Origin: an uncultured Alphaproteobacteria bacterium
GTDB taxonomy: Bacteria > Pseudomonadota > Alphaproteobacteria > JAPOUT01 > G958296285
Direction: 5' to 3'
Assembly: GCA_958296285.1 (NCBI GenBank)
Contig: OY282459.1
Coordinates: 1,208,336-1,272,335, forward strand
DNA: 64,000 nt
The position numbers and the translations under genes are program-made. Below, piece by piece: positions 1 through 10,769 of this stretch (position 1 is its first letter; each line of letters begins with the position of its first letter). Below the pieces are notes generated by a model, which had not been told where the DNA came from, ran no database searches, and worked only from the letters and a program-made list of their open reading frames with translations.

Positions 1-447
1 GACTTTCTGCCAAATCAGATCGGCGCGGAGATGGTTGTGAAGAGTCGCCAGCGTCACCCCGTTATTCTCAAGAAGCGCGCGGAAGCGATCCATCCCCAAA
101 CCATTCCGCAGAACCAGCTGCCGAAGCGCCGCATCCACTTCCTCCTGCGGAACCTGAAGCGCCAAGCGCTTCGCCTCTTGAATCTGAAGCAGATCCTCAA
201 TCAGATGGGTCAGACTCCTCTCCTGAATCTTTTCCTTGTTCTGCGGCGTCAGCGGAATGTTGGAGGTCGCGATCAGAAGACGGCTATATTGATCCAAATC
301 ATAGCTGGAGATCGGCTCGTCATTGACGATGGCGGCGATCTTTTGAATTTCGCGCGCCGCCGATTCGCCGTGCCATAGCGGCAGGGCGAGAAGCATCGCG
401 GCGGCGAGACCGCTATGAAGCGCGCTTATTCTGAAGAGACGGCGCAT
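1..447 (-). CDS. surA: SurA-like periplasmic chaperone, N-terminal part (gene runs off left edge)
   Basis: Absent from the ORF track because there is no stop in the window. The reverse complement from the ATG at 447-445 reads MRRLFRISALHSGLAAAMLLALPLWHGESAAREIQKIAAIVNDEPISSYDLDQY... (signal peptide plus SurA N-domain-like sequence). The frame stays open to position 1. It lies directly downstream of lptD. Confidence 0.7.
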   Translation of the reverse strand, partial: MRRLFRISALHSGLAAAMLLALPLWHGESAAREIQKIAAIVNDEPISSYDLDQYSRLLIATSNIPLTPQNKEKIQERSLTHLIEDLLQIQEAKRLALQVPQEEVDAALRQLVLRNGLGMDRFRALLENNGVTLATLHNHLRADLIWQKV

Positions 448-539
448 TTCTGACCCTTCTTTGTCTTGTTCGGCGGCATGATCGTCCCCTGCGAATTCCT
501 TGCGGTTTATATAAACAGGATTGCCCATCGCGTCTAGCG

Positions 540-2729
540 TCAGCGCGCGAGGCTTCGCCTGCCGCCGCCCAAGCCTTTCAGCGATACGCGAAAACTGAGG
601 CTTCTCTCAGGACGCAAATCCCGATCCTCCGTTCTGTCGCTCTTATAGAGCAGATCCATCTGGAAGCACGGATCTTGATAGCGTATGCCGAGACTATAGC
701 CAATGCTCCGATTGTTCTCCAGATCGCGGCGCAGCGTCCCATAGACGCGCCAATTGTCAAAAAGACGCGCCACGCTCCCGGCGTGGATTTCGGAGCGAGG
801 GCTTTCCAAATCCGCGCCGAAGGAGGCGTCCAGCGCTCTGTAGCCGAGAAACACGGAAAGCCATTCATAGGAAAAATTCAAATCCACCTCATTGCGGCGC
901 AGTTCAAAACTTCTGTGGTTGAAGCGAAATTTATAGGCGAAGGCGAAACGGTCGCTTTGGATCAGCGCCACGCGCCCGACAACATCCGAAATATCCTGCT
1001 CCAGACCCGCCGCCGTCTGCGCCAAAGACGAATCCCGCGTCCGATAGCTCTGCCCGATCAGCAAGGAAAGACCCCAATCTTCCGTCTTGATGTCATAAAG
1101 CAGACCGGCGTTGAGGCGAAGCGAATCTTCCCAGCGATCAAAACCGGGAAAGCGATTCCGGCTGAAAAGATTCGTGTCGTCAAATTCAGGCGTGGGGCTG
1201 TCCTCATTCGGGATCGCTTTGTCGCCGAAGGAGTCGGAGTAGATGAATTGGAGTCTTGGTTCCAGCGTCTGCCGCAGCCCGCCTTCATCGCGCAGAAGGG
1301 GCAGACGCCACATGACCCCGGCGAGCGGCAGAAAGCGAGTCTGAAAGCGATCCTCTCTGGGACCGCCGCTGAAACTGTAGAGATCGCCGCGCATCTCGGC
1401 GAAAAACTCCAACACGCTGCCAAGCGGCGCGAAGCCGAAGCGCTCCCAGCTCATCCCTGCCGAGAAACGCTGAGAATCAATGCCGTTCCTTCGCGTCAGG
1501 GCGCGGAAACTCGCCGTCAGAGACCAGTCGCCGCCGAAGAAATCTCGCTGCGGCTGGTAGAGATATTCCATCAGCGGACCGGCGAAGGGCGTGCGCTCGG
1601 TGCCGGTGAGATCGGCGGGGCGCTGTTCAGGCACGAGCCTTTCAAAACGATACCCGCTCAAGAGAAAGCGATGGCGCGGCGCTGTCCATTCCACGAAAAG
1701 ACGCGAGGTGAGTTCGGTGCTGTCGTCCAGATTGTAGCTTTTCAGATAGGTGTCGTCGGAGGTGAAGCGCAGATCAAACCCCCACCGCGCCTGCTGCCCT
1801 ATATTGAAGCGCCCCTTTCCGAAAAAATGTCCGCGGAAGGCGCGCTCGCCTTCTCTCGGCCAAATCGCGCTGCCCCGGAGATCCACAAAGCCGCTCTTCA
1901 GCCGATGCCGATAGAGGAGATCAAACAAGACGCCTCTATCCGCGAAATAGGTTGGCTCAAAGGTCAGATTGGCCGAAGGCGTGATGCTCCAAAAGAAAGG
2001 CTGCTTATAGTAAAAGCCGAGCGTGCTGGAATTGCCGAGACTCGCCAGAAGGAATCCCGTCTTGCGCTCCACGTCCGGGCTGGGATGCCAAAAGACCGGC
2101 AGGTAGAGAACGGGAACGCCGAAAAATTCCAAAAAGGCGTTCCAATAGACGACAGTCTGGCTTTGCTCATAATGGATGACCTCGCTCGCGGTAATCTGCC
2201 AGAGGGGCGTGTCGCGCCCCCGTTTCGGACAGATCGGACAGGGGCTGTAGACGGCGGAGGTCAGGCGGCTCCTGTCGCCGGCGAGGCGGTCGGCGTAAGC
2301 CGCGGCGACGCGCGAGAGGTCTTTCCAGAGAATCGCCGGCGCTTCCAAAAAAGATTTCTCAAAGCCGTCCTCAAAAACGGCGTAATTGGCGGAAAGGACA
2401 GTCCCGCTGCCGTCATGCAGACGGACATCGCCCCAGACTTCCAAACGCGATTGCGTTTCGTCATAGCGGATTCGGTCGGCGGTGAGGGTGTATTTGCCGC
2501 GCGCCGCCTCCGCCGCGCCGACCGCTTCCATGACGCGGCTTTGGCTGTCATAGCGAATCTCTCGCGCTTGGATCAGATAGTCGCCGGACAGAAAAAAATC
2601 ATAGGCGCCGCGATCTTTCTCCTCTCCATGCGCCGCCGAGACAGACGCCGCCAACGGCAGAAGCCATAAAAAAAACGCCCACAGACGCCAGCGCCGATCT
2701 CGCTTATATGCCGGCGCGCGAGGATTCAT
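540..2729 (-). CDS. lptD: LPS-assembly outer membrane protein LptD
   Basis: Large ORF (track 540..2792) with an OstA-like N-domain and a long beta-barrel-like region. The likely start is MNPRAP at 2729, forming an ATGA overlap with the lptG stop. Synteny is lptG-lptD-surA. Confidence 0.85.
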   Translation of the reverse strand: MNPRAPAYKRDRRWRLWAFFLWLLPLAASVSAAHGEEKDRGAYDFFLSGDYLIQAREIRYDSQSRVMEAVGAAEAARGKYTLTADRIRYDETQSRLEVWGDVRLHDGSGTVLSANYAVFEDGFEKSFLEAPAILWKDLSRVAAAYADRLAGDRSRLTSAVYSPCPICPKRGRDTPLWQITASEVIHYEQSQTVVYWNAFLEFFGVPVLYLPVFWHPSPDVERKTGFLLASLGNSSTLGFYYKQPFFWSITPSANLTFEPTYFADRGVLFDLLYRHRLKSGFVDLRGSAIWPREGERAFRGHFFGKGRFNIGQQARWGFDLRFTSDDTYLKSYNLDDSTELTSRLFVEWTAPRHRFLLSGYRFERLVPEQRPADLTGTERTPFAGPLMEYLYQPQRDFFGGDWSLTASFRALTRRNGIDSQRFSAGMSWERFGFAPLGSVLEFFAEMRGDLYSFSGGPREDRFQTRFLPLAGVMWRLPLLRDEGGLRQTLEPRLQFIYSDSFGDKAIPNEDSPTPEFDDTNLFSRNRFPGFDRWEDSLRLNAGLLYDIKTEDWGLSLLIGQSYRTRDSSLAQTAAGLEQDISDVVGRVALIQSDRFAFAYKFRFNHRSFELRRNEVDLNFSYEWLSVFLGYRALDASFGADLESPRSEIHAGSVARLFDNWRVYGTLRRDLENNRSIGYSLGIRYQDPCFQMDLLYKSDRTEDRDLRPERSLSFRVSLKGLGGGRRSLAR

Positions 2730-3850
2730 CCTTCTTCCCGAAGGAGAAGGAAGCCAAGCCCGAAGCCCCAGCCGACAAAAACAGGCGTCCAAACCGACAC
2801 AAGCACCGGAATCTCGCCAGACTGTCCAAGCGCATGACTCGTCTCAATCAGAAAGTAAATCAGAATGCTCATGGCGAGACCAAAAAACGCCGTCAGCGCG
2901 AAACCCCGACCCCGATGCGCCGTGAAAAGACCGAAAACCGAACCCAAAAGAACCATCGCAGGCAGCAAAAAAGGCAGCGAAAGAAGACTATGAAAATAAA
3001 CGCTGTGCGTCTCCACCGAAAGACCGGTGGATTCCGCCAAATCTATGAAGCGCTTCAGCGCCAAAAGCGACATGGTCTTGGGGCGCGCGAAACTCTCGCG
3101 CACATGGTTCGGCGAGAGAGTCGTCGGATAGGAATCCGACTCGGCGAAAGACGCCGTCTCGCCCTTCGCCGAGCGCCGCCACGCATCACGCAGATTCCAG
3201 CGCCCCTCTTCCAGAAGAGCCTTGGCGGCGTCTATGCGTCCGACATAATTCTCTTCGCCGTCATAGAGAAAGATCGCCACATCGCTGAGCGCGTCTCCTT
3301 GCGGGTTGGCGCGGGCAGCGTGGAGAATCGCCTGTCCGCCGCCGCCCTCCTGATTCTGCGCGAGCCAAAGTCCGGTGTCCGAGACGGAAAATCGTCCGCC
3401 GGCGCGCTTCGCGATATGAGTCGCCTCCATCTCCTCAAAACGCGCCGTCAGAATGCTGGAGACAGGATTGTAAATCACGACATCCAAAAGACCGATCACG
3501 CCCCCCAAAAGAAGAGACGGCAGCAGAAACAGCCATAACGGAATCCCGCTCGTCTGAATCGCGATCACTTCACGATTCTTGGAGAAGGAGAAGGCCCAGC
3601 TCATCCCCCCGATGAAACAGGCGAAGGGAATGAAAATCTCGGCAAGCCCGGAACTGCTGAAAAACGCCATTTCCAAAACGCGTCCGAAGCCGACATCCTC
3701 TTTGGAACTGGTGCGGCGCAGAAGCTCGGTCAGGCTCAGCAGGAAGGTCATAAAAAAAAGCGCCCCGAAAACGCAGCCCGTATGGATTAGGAATTTCCGC
3801 GCCAAATAGCGCGAAAGCGTCCATGGGGGAAGAAGCGGGCGCATCGCCAT
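2726..3850 (-). CDS. lptG: LPS export ABC permease LptG
   Basis: 374-aa polytopic membrane protein of YjgP/YjgQ type. It is the second gene of a pair divergent from pepA, as in E. coli. Confidence 0.8.
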   Translation of the reverse strand: MAMRPLLPPWTLSRYLARKFLIHTGCVFGALFFMTFLLSLTELLRRTSSKEDVGFGRVLEMAFFSSSGLAEIFIPFACFIGGMSWAFSFSKNREVIAIQTSGIPLWLFLLPSLLLGGVIGLLDVVIYNPVSSILTARFEEMEATHIAKRAGGRFSVSDTGLWLAQNQEGGGGQAILHAARANPQGDALSDVAIFLYDGEENYVGRIDAAKALLEEGRWNLRDAWRRSAKGETASFAESDSYPTTLSPNHVRESFARPKTMSLLALKRFIDLAESTGLSVETHSVYFHSLLSLPFLLPAMVLLGSVFGLFTAHRGRGFALTAFFGLAMSILIYFLIETSHALGQSGEIPVLVSVWTPVFVGWGFGLGFLLLREEG

Positions 3851-5031
3851 TAGCCCGCGCCGGGGCGGAAAGACCCCGCCGAGAAACTTTTTAGACGGAA
3901 AGGATTCAGAATCATATAGAGGCGACTCAGAAGATAAATCACGATAGGCGTCAGATAAAGAAGAGGAATATAAAGGCTGTTCTTCTTCGCCTGCTGGACG
4001 AAAATCACGCCCAAAACCTGAATCGCCGCCATGACGAAGGAAAGAATCACGATGCGTCCGGCAATGTCATGACGGCTGCCGCGCGCCGGCGCGATCGCGT
4101 CCAGGGCGAGGAGCGTGAAGATCAGGCAGTGCAGGACGAGAACCAAATATCTATGCCCTGTCGCCAAGCGCAAGACCCGATCCTTCTCGCCAATCCCGTC
4201 AGGCGGAAAGAAAAGATCGCCGGGATAAAGTTCCCGCGCCTTGCGACTCACCCAATCCACCGGCCCCATCAGCGCCGAGAGATCGTAGGAATATTTGTCA
4301 AAAGAGAGAATCGTCAATCCGTTCTCGCGCGCGCGATCATTCTGTTGGATGATCCCGTTGAACATGACCAGACGCGCGCCGGTCTGGCTTCGCAGAAGCG
4401 CCCCCGTCTCGGCGATATAGGTCAGCGGACGATCGCGATCGCGCGAATCCTGAAACAGAATGCCGTGAATCTGTCCGTCCAAATCGTATTTCCGAATGAA
4501 TGCCGTGATCCCGTAAGCCGGATTGGTGAAAGCGCCGGCGCGCAGCATCGTGGAGGCGATGTCCGCCCGAACCTGATACAATTTCACGCGGCGCAAACGC
4601 TCGCTCCATGGACGCGGATAAAAAGCCACCAGCAAAGTCACGATCGCCACGAATAAGCCGAAAATCATCGCAGGACGCATCAGATTGCGGCGGCTGAAGC
4701 CCAGCGCGAACATCGCCGTGATCTCATTCTGCGAATCCAAATTGTAGAGCGCGTAAAGGAGCGCGATGAAAAGCGACAGCGGCAAAGCCATCGGCAGCGC
4801 CGCGATCAGCCAATAGGACAGAATCTCCAAATAGGTCGCGAAACTCTGCCCATTGATCACGATGATGTTCAAGACCTGAATCGCCGTCGGAAGCGTCAGC
4901 AGAATCGTCAGCGTGCAAGCCGTGATCGCGAAAGGCAGAAAAATCTGCGTCAGGATATAGCGCGTCAGACGCCGCATTTCAGGAAAGCGCATGGCGGCAA
5001 GACGCGCGGCTGAGAAAACCGAATAAACCAT
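3850..5031 (-). CDS. lptF: LPS export ABC permease LptF
   Basis: 393-aa YjgP/YjgQ-type membrane protein, first gene of the pair. Its stop overlaps the lptG start by 1 nt (TAATG). Confidence 0.8.
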   Translation of the reverse strand: MVYSVFSAARLAAMRFPEMRRLTRYILTQIFLPFAITACTLTILLTLPTAIQVLNIIVINGQSFATYLEILSYWLIAALPMALPLSLFIALLYALYNLDSQNEITAMFALGFSRRNLMRPAMIFGLFVAIVTLLVAFYPRPWSERLRRVKLYQVRADIASTMLRAGAFTNPAYGITAFIRKYDLDGQIHGILFQDSRDRDRPLTYIAETGALLRSQTGARLVMFNGIIQQNDRARENGLTILSFDKYSYDLSALMGPVDWVSRKARELYPGDLFFPPDGIGEKDRVLRLATGHRYLVLVLHCLIFTLLALDAIAPARGSRHDIAGRIVILSFVMAAIQVLGVIFVQQAKKNSLYIPLLYLTPIVIYLLSRLYMILNPFRLKSFSAGSFRPGAG

Positions 5032-5146
5032 CGCGCGGAAAATTTCTCCAAACGAAACGACATCTTATTCTATACATCGGCGCGGGGATTGCCAAAAGCC
5101 GCGCGAAGCTCTATCTCAAACGCCAAACGCCGAATCAGGAGCAGCT

Positions 5147-6682
5147 ATGCGAATCGCCTTTGACGCGAAAACGTGGGAATCGGGAAAAGCGGCAGAGACC
5201 GCCGCGCTTCCGGTCTGGGAAAAAAACCAACTGACGCCGACAGGGCGCGCGCTGGATAAAAAAACGAAAGGCGCTATCACAAGAGCCATGAAAGCGGCGG
5301 GCTTCACCGGCGCGCGAGGCTCTTTCGCCGACATTCTCGTCCCCGAAGGGCTGGGAATAGGACGTCTGATCTGCGCCGGTCTCGGAAAGAAAAAAGATTT
5401 CACAAGCCGCCGCGCCGAAAAAATGGGCGGCGCGATCGTCAGACGCCTCGCCCCGTCTTCGCCGAAAAAACTCGTCATCCTCCTCAAAGAGCTGGAGACG
5501 GGGAAAGAGAGCGCCGCTTCCGCCGCGGCGCATCTGGCTTTAGGCGCGAGGCTCGGCAGCTACCGTTTTGACGCCTACCGGACGAAGCTGAAACCGAAAG
5601 AAAAAGGAAAAGTCGGAGAGATCGTCATTATGTCTGACGATCCAGCCGGCGCGAAGCGCCTCTTCGCCGATATGGAGCGAATCGCCGAAGGAGTCGCTTT
5701 GGCGCGCGATTTGGTCAATGAGCCGCCCAACATCCTCTATCCCGAAGCTTTCGCCAAGCGCGCGCAGGAACTCGCCAAAAAGGGAGTCGCCGTCAAAACG
5801 CTCAACGAAGCGCAGATGAAAAAACTCAATATGAACGCCCTCCTCGGAGTCGGACAGGGAAGCGTCCGCGAAAGCCGTCTCGTCTCCATGCATTGGAAGG
5901 GCGGCGGCGAGAAAGACCCCGCCATCGCCATTGTCGGAAAGGGCGTCTGTTTTGACACGGGCGGAATCTCCATCAAGCCCGCCGGCGGCATGGGCGATAT
6001 GAAAGGCGATATGGGCGGCGCGGCGTGCGTGGTCGGTCTCATCCACGCTCTCGCGGCGCGGAAGGCGCGCCTCAATGTGATCGGCGTGATCGGACTGGTG
6101 GAGAATATGCCGGGCGGAAACGCGCAGCGCCCGGGCGACATCGTCCGATCCATGTCCGGCAAGACGATTGAAATCCTCAACACAGACGCCGAAGGACGTC
6201 TCGTCCTCGCCGATGCTCTCGCCTACGCCCAAAAGACTTTTAAGCCCGATATTCTGATAGACCTCGCCACGCTGACGGGCGCGATTCTGGTCGCGCTCGG
6301 GCAGGATCGCGCCGGACTCTTCTCCAATGACGACAAACTCGCCGCCCAGCTCCATCAAGCCGGCGAGGAAAGCGGCGAGAAAGTTTGGCGGCTGCCTCTG
6401 GGGCGCGCCTACGACAAAATGATCGATTCCAAAGTCGCCGATGTCAAAAATATCGGCGGCGGACGCTATGCCGGCTCCATCACCGCCGCGCAGTTCCTGC
6501 AGCGCTTCGTGGGGAAGGGCATGCGCTGGGCGCATTTGGATATCGCCGGAACCGCTTTCGCTTCGCCGCAATCGCCGATCAATCCGAGTTGGGGAAGCGG
6601 CTTCGGCGTGCGTCTTCTGCATCGCTTTCTCCAAACGCGCTTTGAGAAAAACGCCGCGCCTGACGGCAAGAGAACATCATGA
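5147..6682 (+). CDS. pepA: Leucyl aminopeptidase (M17)
   Basis: NTDAEGRL signature, the VGKGVCFDTGG motif, and pepA-holC synteny. Confidence 0.9.
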   Translation: MRIAFDAKTWESGKAAETAALPVWEKNQLTPTGRALDKKTKGAITRAMKAAGFTGARGSFADILVPEGLGIGRLICAGLGKKKDFTSRRAEKMGGAIVRRLAPSSPKKLVILLKELETGKESAASAAAHLALGARLGSYRFDAYRTKLKPKEKGKVGEIVIMSDDPAGAKRLFADMERIAEGVALARDLVNEPPNILYPEAFAKRAQELAKKGVAVKTLNEAQMKKLNMNALLGVGQGSVRESRLVSMHWKGGGEKDPAIAIVGKGVCFDTGGISIKPAGGMGDMKGDMGGAACVVGLIHALAARKARLNVIGVIGLVENMPGGNAQRPGDIVRSMSGKTIEILNTDAEGRLVLADALAYAQKTFKPDILIDLATLTGAILVALGQDRAGLFSNDDKLAAQLHQAGEESGEKVWRLPLGRAYDKMIDSKVADVKNIGGGRYAGSITAAQFLQRFVGKGMRWAHLDIAGTAFASPQSPINPSWGSGFGVRLLHRFLQTRFEKNAAPDGKRTS

Positions 6683-7131
6683 CTCGCGCCGCTTTCTACA
6701 ATCTTCAAACCGATTCCGTTGAGCGCGTCCTGCCTCTGCTTTTGGAAAAGAGTCTGAAGGAGGGCATGAAGGTTCTGCTCCGCGCCCCTTCCGAAGAGCG
6801 TCTGCGCGATTGGGACGCGCTCCTCTGGACCTATCGTCAGGAGAGTTTCATTCCCCACGGCGCGGCGGAGGACGGCAATGCCGAAAGGCAGCCCGTCTGT
6901 TTGACGACCGAGCCGGAAAATCCAAATGGCGCGGCGCTGCTGGCGCTCGCCGGCGGCGCCGAGCCTTTTGATGTCAGCGACTTCGCCCGCGCCATTTATC
7001 TCTATGACGGCGGAGACGAAGAATCCTGCCGTCTCGCCGAGCGCCATCAGGCGATCTTTAGAGACGCCGGCGCGGAGATTGTCGTCTGGCGGCAGACGCC
7101 TGACGGATGGCGCGAGGAGACCGCCCCATGA
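6679..7131 (+). CDS. holC: DNA polymerase III chi subunit
   Basis: 150-aa protein beginning MTRAAFYNL, chi-like. It overlaps the pepA stop and is followed by ndk. Confidence 0.75.
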   Translation: MTRAAFYNLQTDSVERVLPLLLEKSLKEGMKVLLRAPSEERLRDWDALLWTYRQESFIPHGAAEDGNAERQPVCLTTEPENPNGAALLALAGGAEPFDVSDFARAIYLYDGGDEESCRLAERHQAIFRDAGAEIVVWRQTPDGWREETAP

Positions 7132-7541
7132 AAGAGCGAACCCTTTCCATCGTCAAGCCTGAAGCCGTGCGGAAAGGTCTGACCGAGCCCATTGGCGAGA
7201 GGCTCAAGGCGGCGGGGCTGGAAATTGTCGCGCGGAAAAAAATGACGCTCACCGAAGCGCAGGCGCGCCGTTTCTACGACATCCATCGCGAGCAGCCTTT
7301 CTTTGAGAGCCTTGTCCTTTATATGGCGTCCGGAGAAATTGTCGCGCAGATTTTGGAAGGCGAGAACGCCGTCAAGCGAAACCGCGAAGCGATGGGCGCG
7401 ACCGATCCCGCCAAAGCGTCGGCCGGAACAATCCGCGCCGATTACGGAGAATCGGTGGAAGCCAACGCCGTCCATGGATCCGACAGCGCCGAGACCGCGC
7501 GACAAGAAATCGCCTTTTTCTTCGGCGCGGACAAGCCTTGA
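7128..7541 (+). CDS. ndk: Nucleoside diphosphate kinase
   Basis: MKERTLSIVKPEAV... with the NAVHGSDS active-site motif. The start at 7128 gives an ATGA overlap with holC. Confidence 0.95.
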   Translation: MKERTLSIVKPEAVRKGLTEPIGERLKAAGLEIVARKKMTLTEAQARRFYDIHREQPFFESLVLYMASGEIVAQILEGENAVKRNREAMGATDPAKASAGTIRADYGESVEANAVHGSDSAETARQEIAFFFGADKP

Positions 7542-7577
7542 AACTCGCCTCTCTCCCGCGTAAAAGTTGAAAGCGAA

Positions 7578-10268
7578 ATGACAGAATCCCCAACCCCCAT
7601 CGCCAACGGATCGGGCGGCGCGAGCGGCATCAGACCGATCGCGATAGAAGAGGAGATGAAGCGCTCCTATTTGGATTACGCGATGAGCGTGATCGTCTCG
7701 CGGGCGCTCCCGGACGTCCGAGACGGCTTAAAGCCTGTGCAGCGCCGAATCCTCTACGCCATGCTGGAGAGCGGCTATCTGTGGAATCGTCCTTATCGCA
7801 AGGCGGCGCGCATTGTCGGCGAGGTGATGGGGAAATACCACCCGCATGGCGATCAGTCCATCTATGACGCGCTGGCGCGTCTGACGCAGGATTTCTCGCT
7901 GCGGCTGCCTCTTTTGGACGGGCAGGGCAATTTCGGCTCTATGGACGGCGATCCTCCCGCCGCCATGCGCTACACCGAAACCCGTCTGACGCGCATCGCC
8001 GAAGAAGCCCTCCTCGCCGATATTGACCGCGATACTGTGGATTTCCAAACCAATTACGATTCCAGCGAATCCGAACCCGCCGTCCTGCCGGCGCTTCTGC
8101 CCAATCTGCTGATCAATGGGGCGGGAGGCATCGCGGTCGGCATGGCGACAAATATCCCGCCGCACAACCCCTCTGAGATTTTGGAAGCCTGTCTTGCTTT
8201 GCTGGAAGATCCCGAGATCAGCGCCGCGCAACTGCGAAAGATCGTCCCGGGGCCAGACTTCCCGACAGGCGGCATCATCATGGGAGACGAGGGAATCCGC
8301 GAAGCCTACGCCACAGGGCGCGGAGGGATTCTCGTCCGCGCCAAATTGGAAGTCCAAACGCCGAAGCGCGGCGGAGACGTCATCGTGCTGCGCGAACTCC
8401 CTTACCAAGTCAATAAAGCCGCGATGATTGAAAAAATCGCCGAACTCGTCCGATCGCGCCGCGTGGAAGGCATCGCGGCGCTCCGAGACGAATCCGATAG
8501 AGACGGCGTGCGAGTCGTCATAGAACTCAGGCGAGACGCCGAGACCGGAATCATCTTGAACCAACTTTATAAGCACACGCCCATGCAGAGCAGTTTCGGC
8601 GTCAATATGGTCGCGCTTTCGGGCGGACGCCCGGAGATTTTTGATCTCAAGACATTGATCCAAGAGTTCCTTTCCTTCCGCGAAGAGATTATCCGCCGCC
8701 GCACGCTCTTTCTGCTGGGCGAGGCGAGGCGGCGCGCGCATTTGCTGGCGGGGCTCTCCATCGCCGTCGTCCATATAGACAAGATTGTCGCGCTGATCCG
8801 CGCCGCCGAGGACGCCAAAGCCGCGCGAGACGCTCTGATGAAGCCCGAATGGGAGGCGCGTCAGGTCAAGCCGCTTTTGGAACTGATCGCCGATCCGCGC
8901 CACAGCGTTTCGGCGGAGGGGCGCTATCGGCTGTCGGAGGCGCAGGCGCGGGGCATTTTGGATCTCCGCCTCCAGAGACTCACCGCGCTCGGCCGCGAAG
9001 AAATAGAGAAGGAACTCGCCAAACTCAAAAAAGACATAGAGAGCAGCCTCGCCATTCTCCAAAAGCGCGAGAATCTGCTGCGCGTCATCAAGGAGGAACT
9101 GCAGGCGCTGCGCGAGCGTCTGACAAGCCCGCGCCGCACGCAGATCGCCGCCCGCGCCGAGCAGATTGACGATGAAGATCTGATCCAAAGCGAAGATATG
9201 GTCGTGATGGTCACCCATAGCGGCTATATCAAGCGCGTGCCGCTCTCGCGCTACAGGACGCAGGAGCGCGGCGGAAAAGGGCGCGCCGCGATAAAAATGC
9301 GAGACGAGGATTTCGTGACGACTCTCTTCACCGCCAGCACCCATGATTTGGTGCTGTTTTTCTCTTCGGCGGGGAAAGTCTATCAGATGAAAATTTGGAA
9401 CCTCCCCCTCGGACAGCCCCATACGAAAGGAAAGGCGCTCGTCAATCTTCTGTCGCTCGGCAAGCATGAGATCACCTCCTCCATCATGCCGATGCCGTCC
9501 GATGAGACGCAGTGGGAGAAAAAACAACTGATGTTCGCGACCAAAGGCGGACATGTCCGCCGCAACAAATTGGGCGATTTCGTCCGCGTCACCCGCGCCG
9601 GAAAAATCGCGATGAAACTGACCGCCGGCGACAAAATCATCGGAGTCGCCATTTGCGAGGAAGGGCGGGACGACATCCTGCTGACGAGCCGCAAAGGCAT
9701 GTGCGTGCGCTTTCCTGTCGGGGATGTTCGTCTTTTCGCCGGGCGCGGATCGCTGGGCGTGCGCGGCATGAGCCTCGCCCGAGACGACGCCGTCATCAGC
9801 ATGAGCGTGCTGCGTCATGCGATCGTTTCTCCCGAAGAGCGGGACGCCTATAAACGCCGCGAGGACAGCGAAGGCGAGCCGCCCGCCCTCGCCTTGACCG
9901 AAGAGCGCCGAACGGAAATGGCCGAATCCGAGCAATTCATCTTGGGCGTCAGTTCGCGCGGCTTCGGCAAGAGAACCTCGTCCCATGATTATCGCGTGAC
10001 GAAGCGCGGCGGAAAGGGCATTGTCGCCATGATCGCCAATGAGCGCAATGGCGATATCGCCGCCGCTTTCCCGGTTCATCGCAAAGATCAGATCATGCTC
10101 GTCACGAGCCGAGGGCAGACGATACGCCTCAATGTTGAGGGGAAAGAGAGGCCGATCCCGATCACGAGCCGCGCCACGCAAGGCGTCAACCTTTTCAAAC
10201 TTAAGGACGAAGATCAGGGCGATGTCGTTTCGGTCGCCCATATCCGCGAGATGGAGGAGGAGGCATGA
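7578..10268 (+). CDS. gyrA: DNA gyrase subunit A
   Basis: [25 protein letters not shown], a GyrA-box-like QERGGKG in the C-terminal domain, and a length of 896 aa. Confidence 0.9.
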   Translation: MTESPTPIANGSGGASGIRPIAIEEEMKRSYLDYAMSVIVSRALPDVRDGLKPVQRRILYAMLESGYLWNRPYRKAARIVGEVMGKYHPHGDQSIYDALARLTQDFSLRLPLLDGQGNFGSMDGDPPAAMRYTETRLTRIAEEALLADIDRDTVDFQTNYDSSESEPAVLPALLPNLLINGAGGIAVGMATNIPPHNPSEILEACLALLEDPEISAAQLRKIVPGPDFPTGGIIMGDEGIREAYATGRGGILVRAKLEVQTPKRGGDVIVLRELPYQVNKAAMIEKIAELVRSRRVEGIAALRDESDRDGVRVVIELRRDAETGIILNQLYKHTPMQSSFGVNMVALSGGRPEIFDLKTLIQEFLSFREEIIRRRTLFLLGEARRRAHLLAGLSIAVVHIDKIVALIRAAEDAKAARDALMKPEWEARQVKPLLELIADPRHSVSAEGRYRLSEAQARGILDLRLQRLTALGREEIEKELAKLKKDIESSLAILQKRENLLRVIKEELQALRERLTSPRRTQIAARAEQIDDEDLIQSEDMVVMVTHSGYIKRVPLSRYRTQERGGKGRAAIKMRDEDFVTTLFTASTHDLVLFFSSAGKVYQMKIWNLPLGQPHTKGKALVNLLSLGKHEITSSIMPMPSDETQWEKKQLMFATKGGHVRRNKLGDFVRVTRAGKIAMKLTAGDKIIGVAICEEGRDDILLTSRKGMCVRFPVGDVRLFAGRGSLGVRGMSLARDDAVISMSVLRHAIVSPEERDAYKRREDSEGEPPALALTEERRTEMAESEQFILGVSSRGFGKRTSSHDYRVTKRGGKGIVAMIANERNGDIAAAFPVHRKDQIMLVTSRGQTIRLNVEGKERPIPITSRATQGVNLFKLKDEDQGDVVSVAHIREMEEEA

Positions 10269-10756
10269 GCGCGATTTGGCTCTATGCAGGGAGTTTTGAC
10301 CCCCTCACGCTCGGCCATATGGAGATCATCCGCCGCGCCCTCGCTTTGACCGACAAACTCATTGTCGCGACAGGGCAGCACGCCTCCAAAACCGCGCTTC
10401 TCTCGCCGCGAGAGCGCAAAGAGCTGATAGAGAAATCCGTCTCCGATCTGCCTGAAGCCAAAGACCGCGTGGAAGTCAGCCTCTTTGACGGACTTGTCGT
10501 GGATCACGCCCGAAAATGCGGCGCGAAGGCGATCCTCCGAAGCCTCCGAAACACCACCGATCACAATTACGAGGAAGGCATGGCGCAGATGAATAAGGTT
10601 CTAAACCCCGAACTGGAGACCGTCTTTTTGATGGCGTCCCCGCGCCATGCCGGCATATCCTCAACGCTCGTGCGGCAGATTTTCTCCATGGGGCGGGATG
10701 TCAAACCCTTCGTGCCGAAGCCTGTCGCCGAGCATCTTCAGGCGAAGCGCAGCTAG
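10265..10756 (+). CDS. coaD: Phosphopantetheine adenylyltransferase
   Basis: GSFDPLTLGHMEII nucleotidyltransferase motif, 163 aa, ATGA overlap with gyrA. Confidence 0.9.
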   Translation: MSAIWLYAGSFDPLTLGHMEIIRRALALTDKLIVATGQHASKTALLSPRERKELIEKSVSDLPEAKDRVEVSLFDGLVVDHARKCGAKAILRSLRNTTDHNYEEGMAQMNKVLNPELETVFLMASPRHAGISSTLVRQIFSMGRDVKPFVPKPVAEHLQAKRS

Positions 10757-10769
10757 GCGGAGACGAATC

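Noticed and set aside
675-2669. Long antisense ORFs opposite clear genes. Examples: 675..2669, 5540..6634, 7728..10241, 11312..12649, 12459..13487, 15716..17191, 23702..25174, 24859..26130, 41364..42422, 47355..48308, 61625..62662.
   Set aside because: This is the usual high-GC shadow-ORF phenomenon. Their translations are Arg/Ala/Gly-rich without motifs, while the opposite strand carries recognisable conserved proteins.
7578-10268. This ORF could be ParC (topoisomerase IV subunit A) rather than GyrA.
   Set aside because: Its length (896 aa) and a GyrA-box-like QERGGKG motif at the start of the C-terminal domain favour GyrA.
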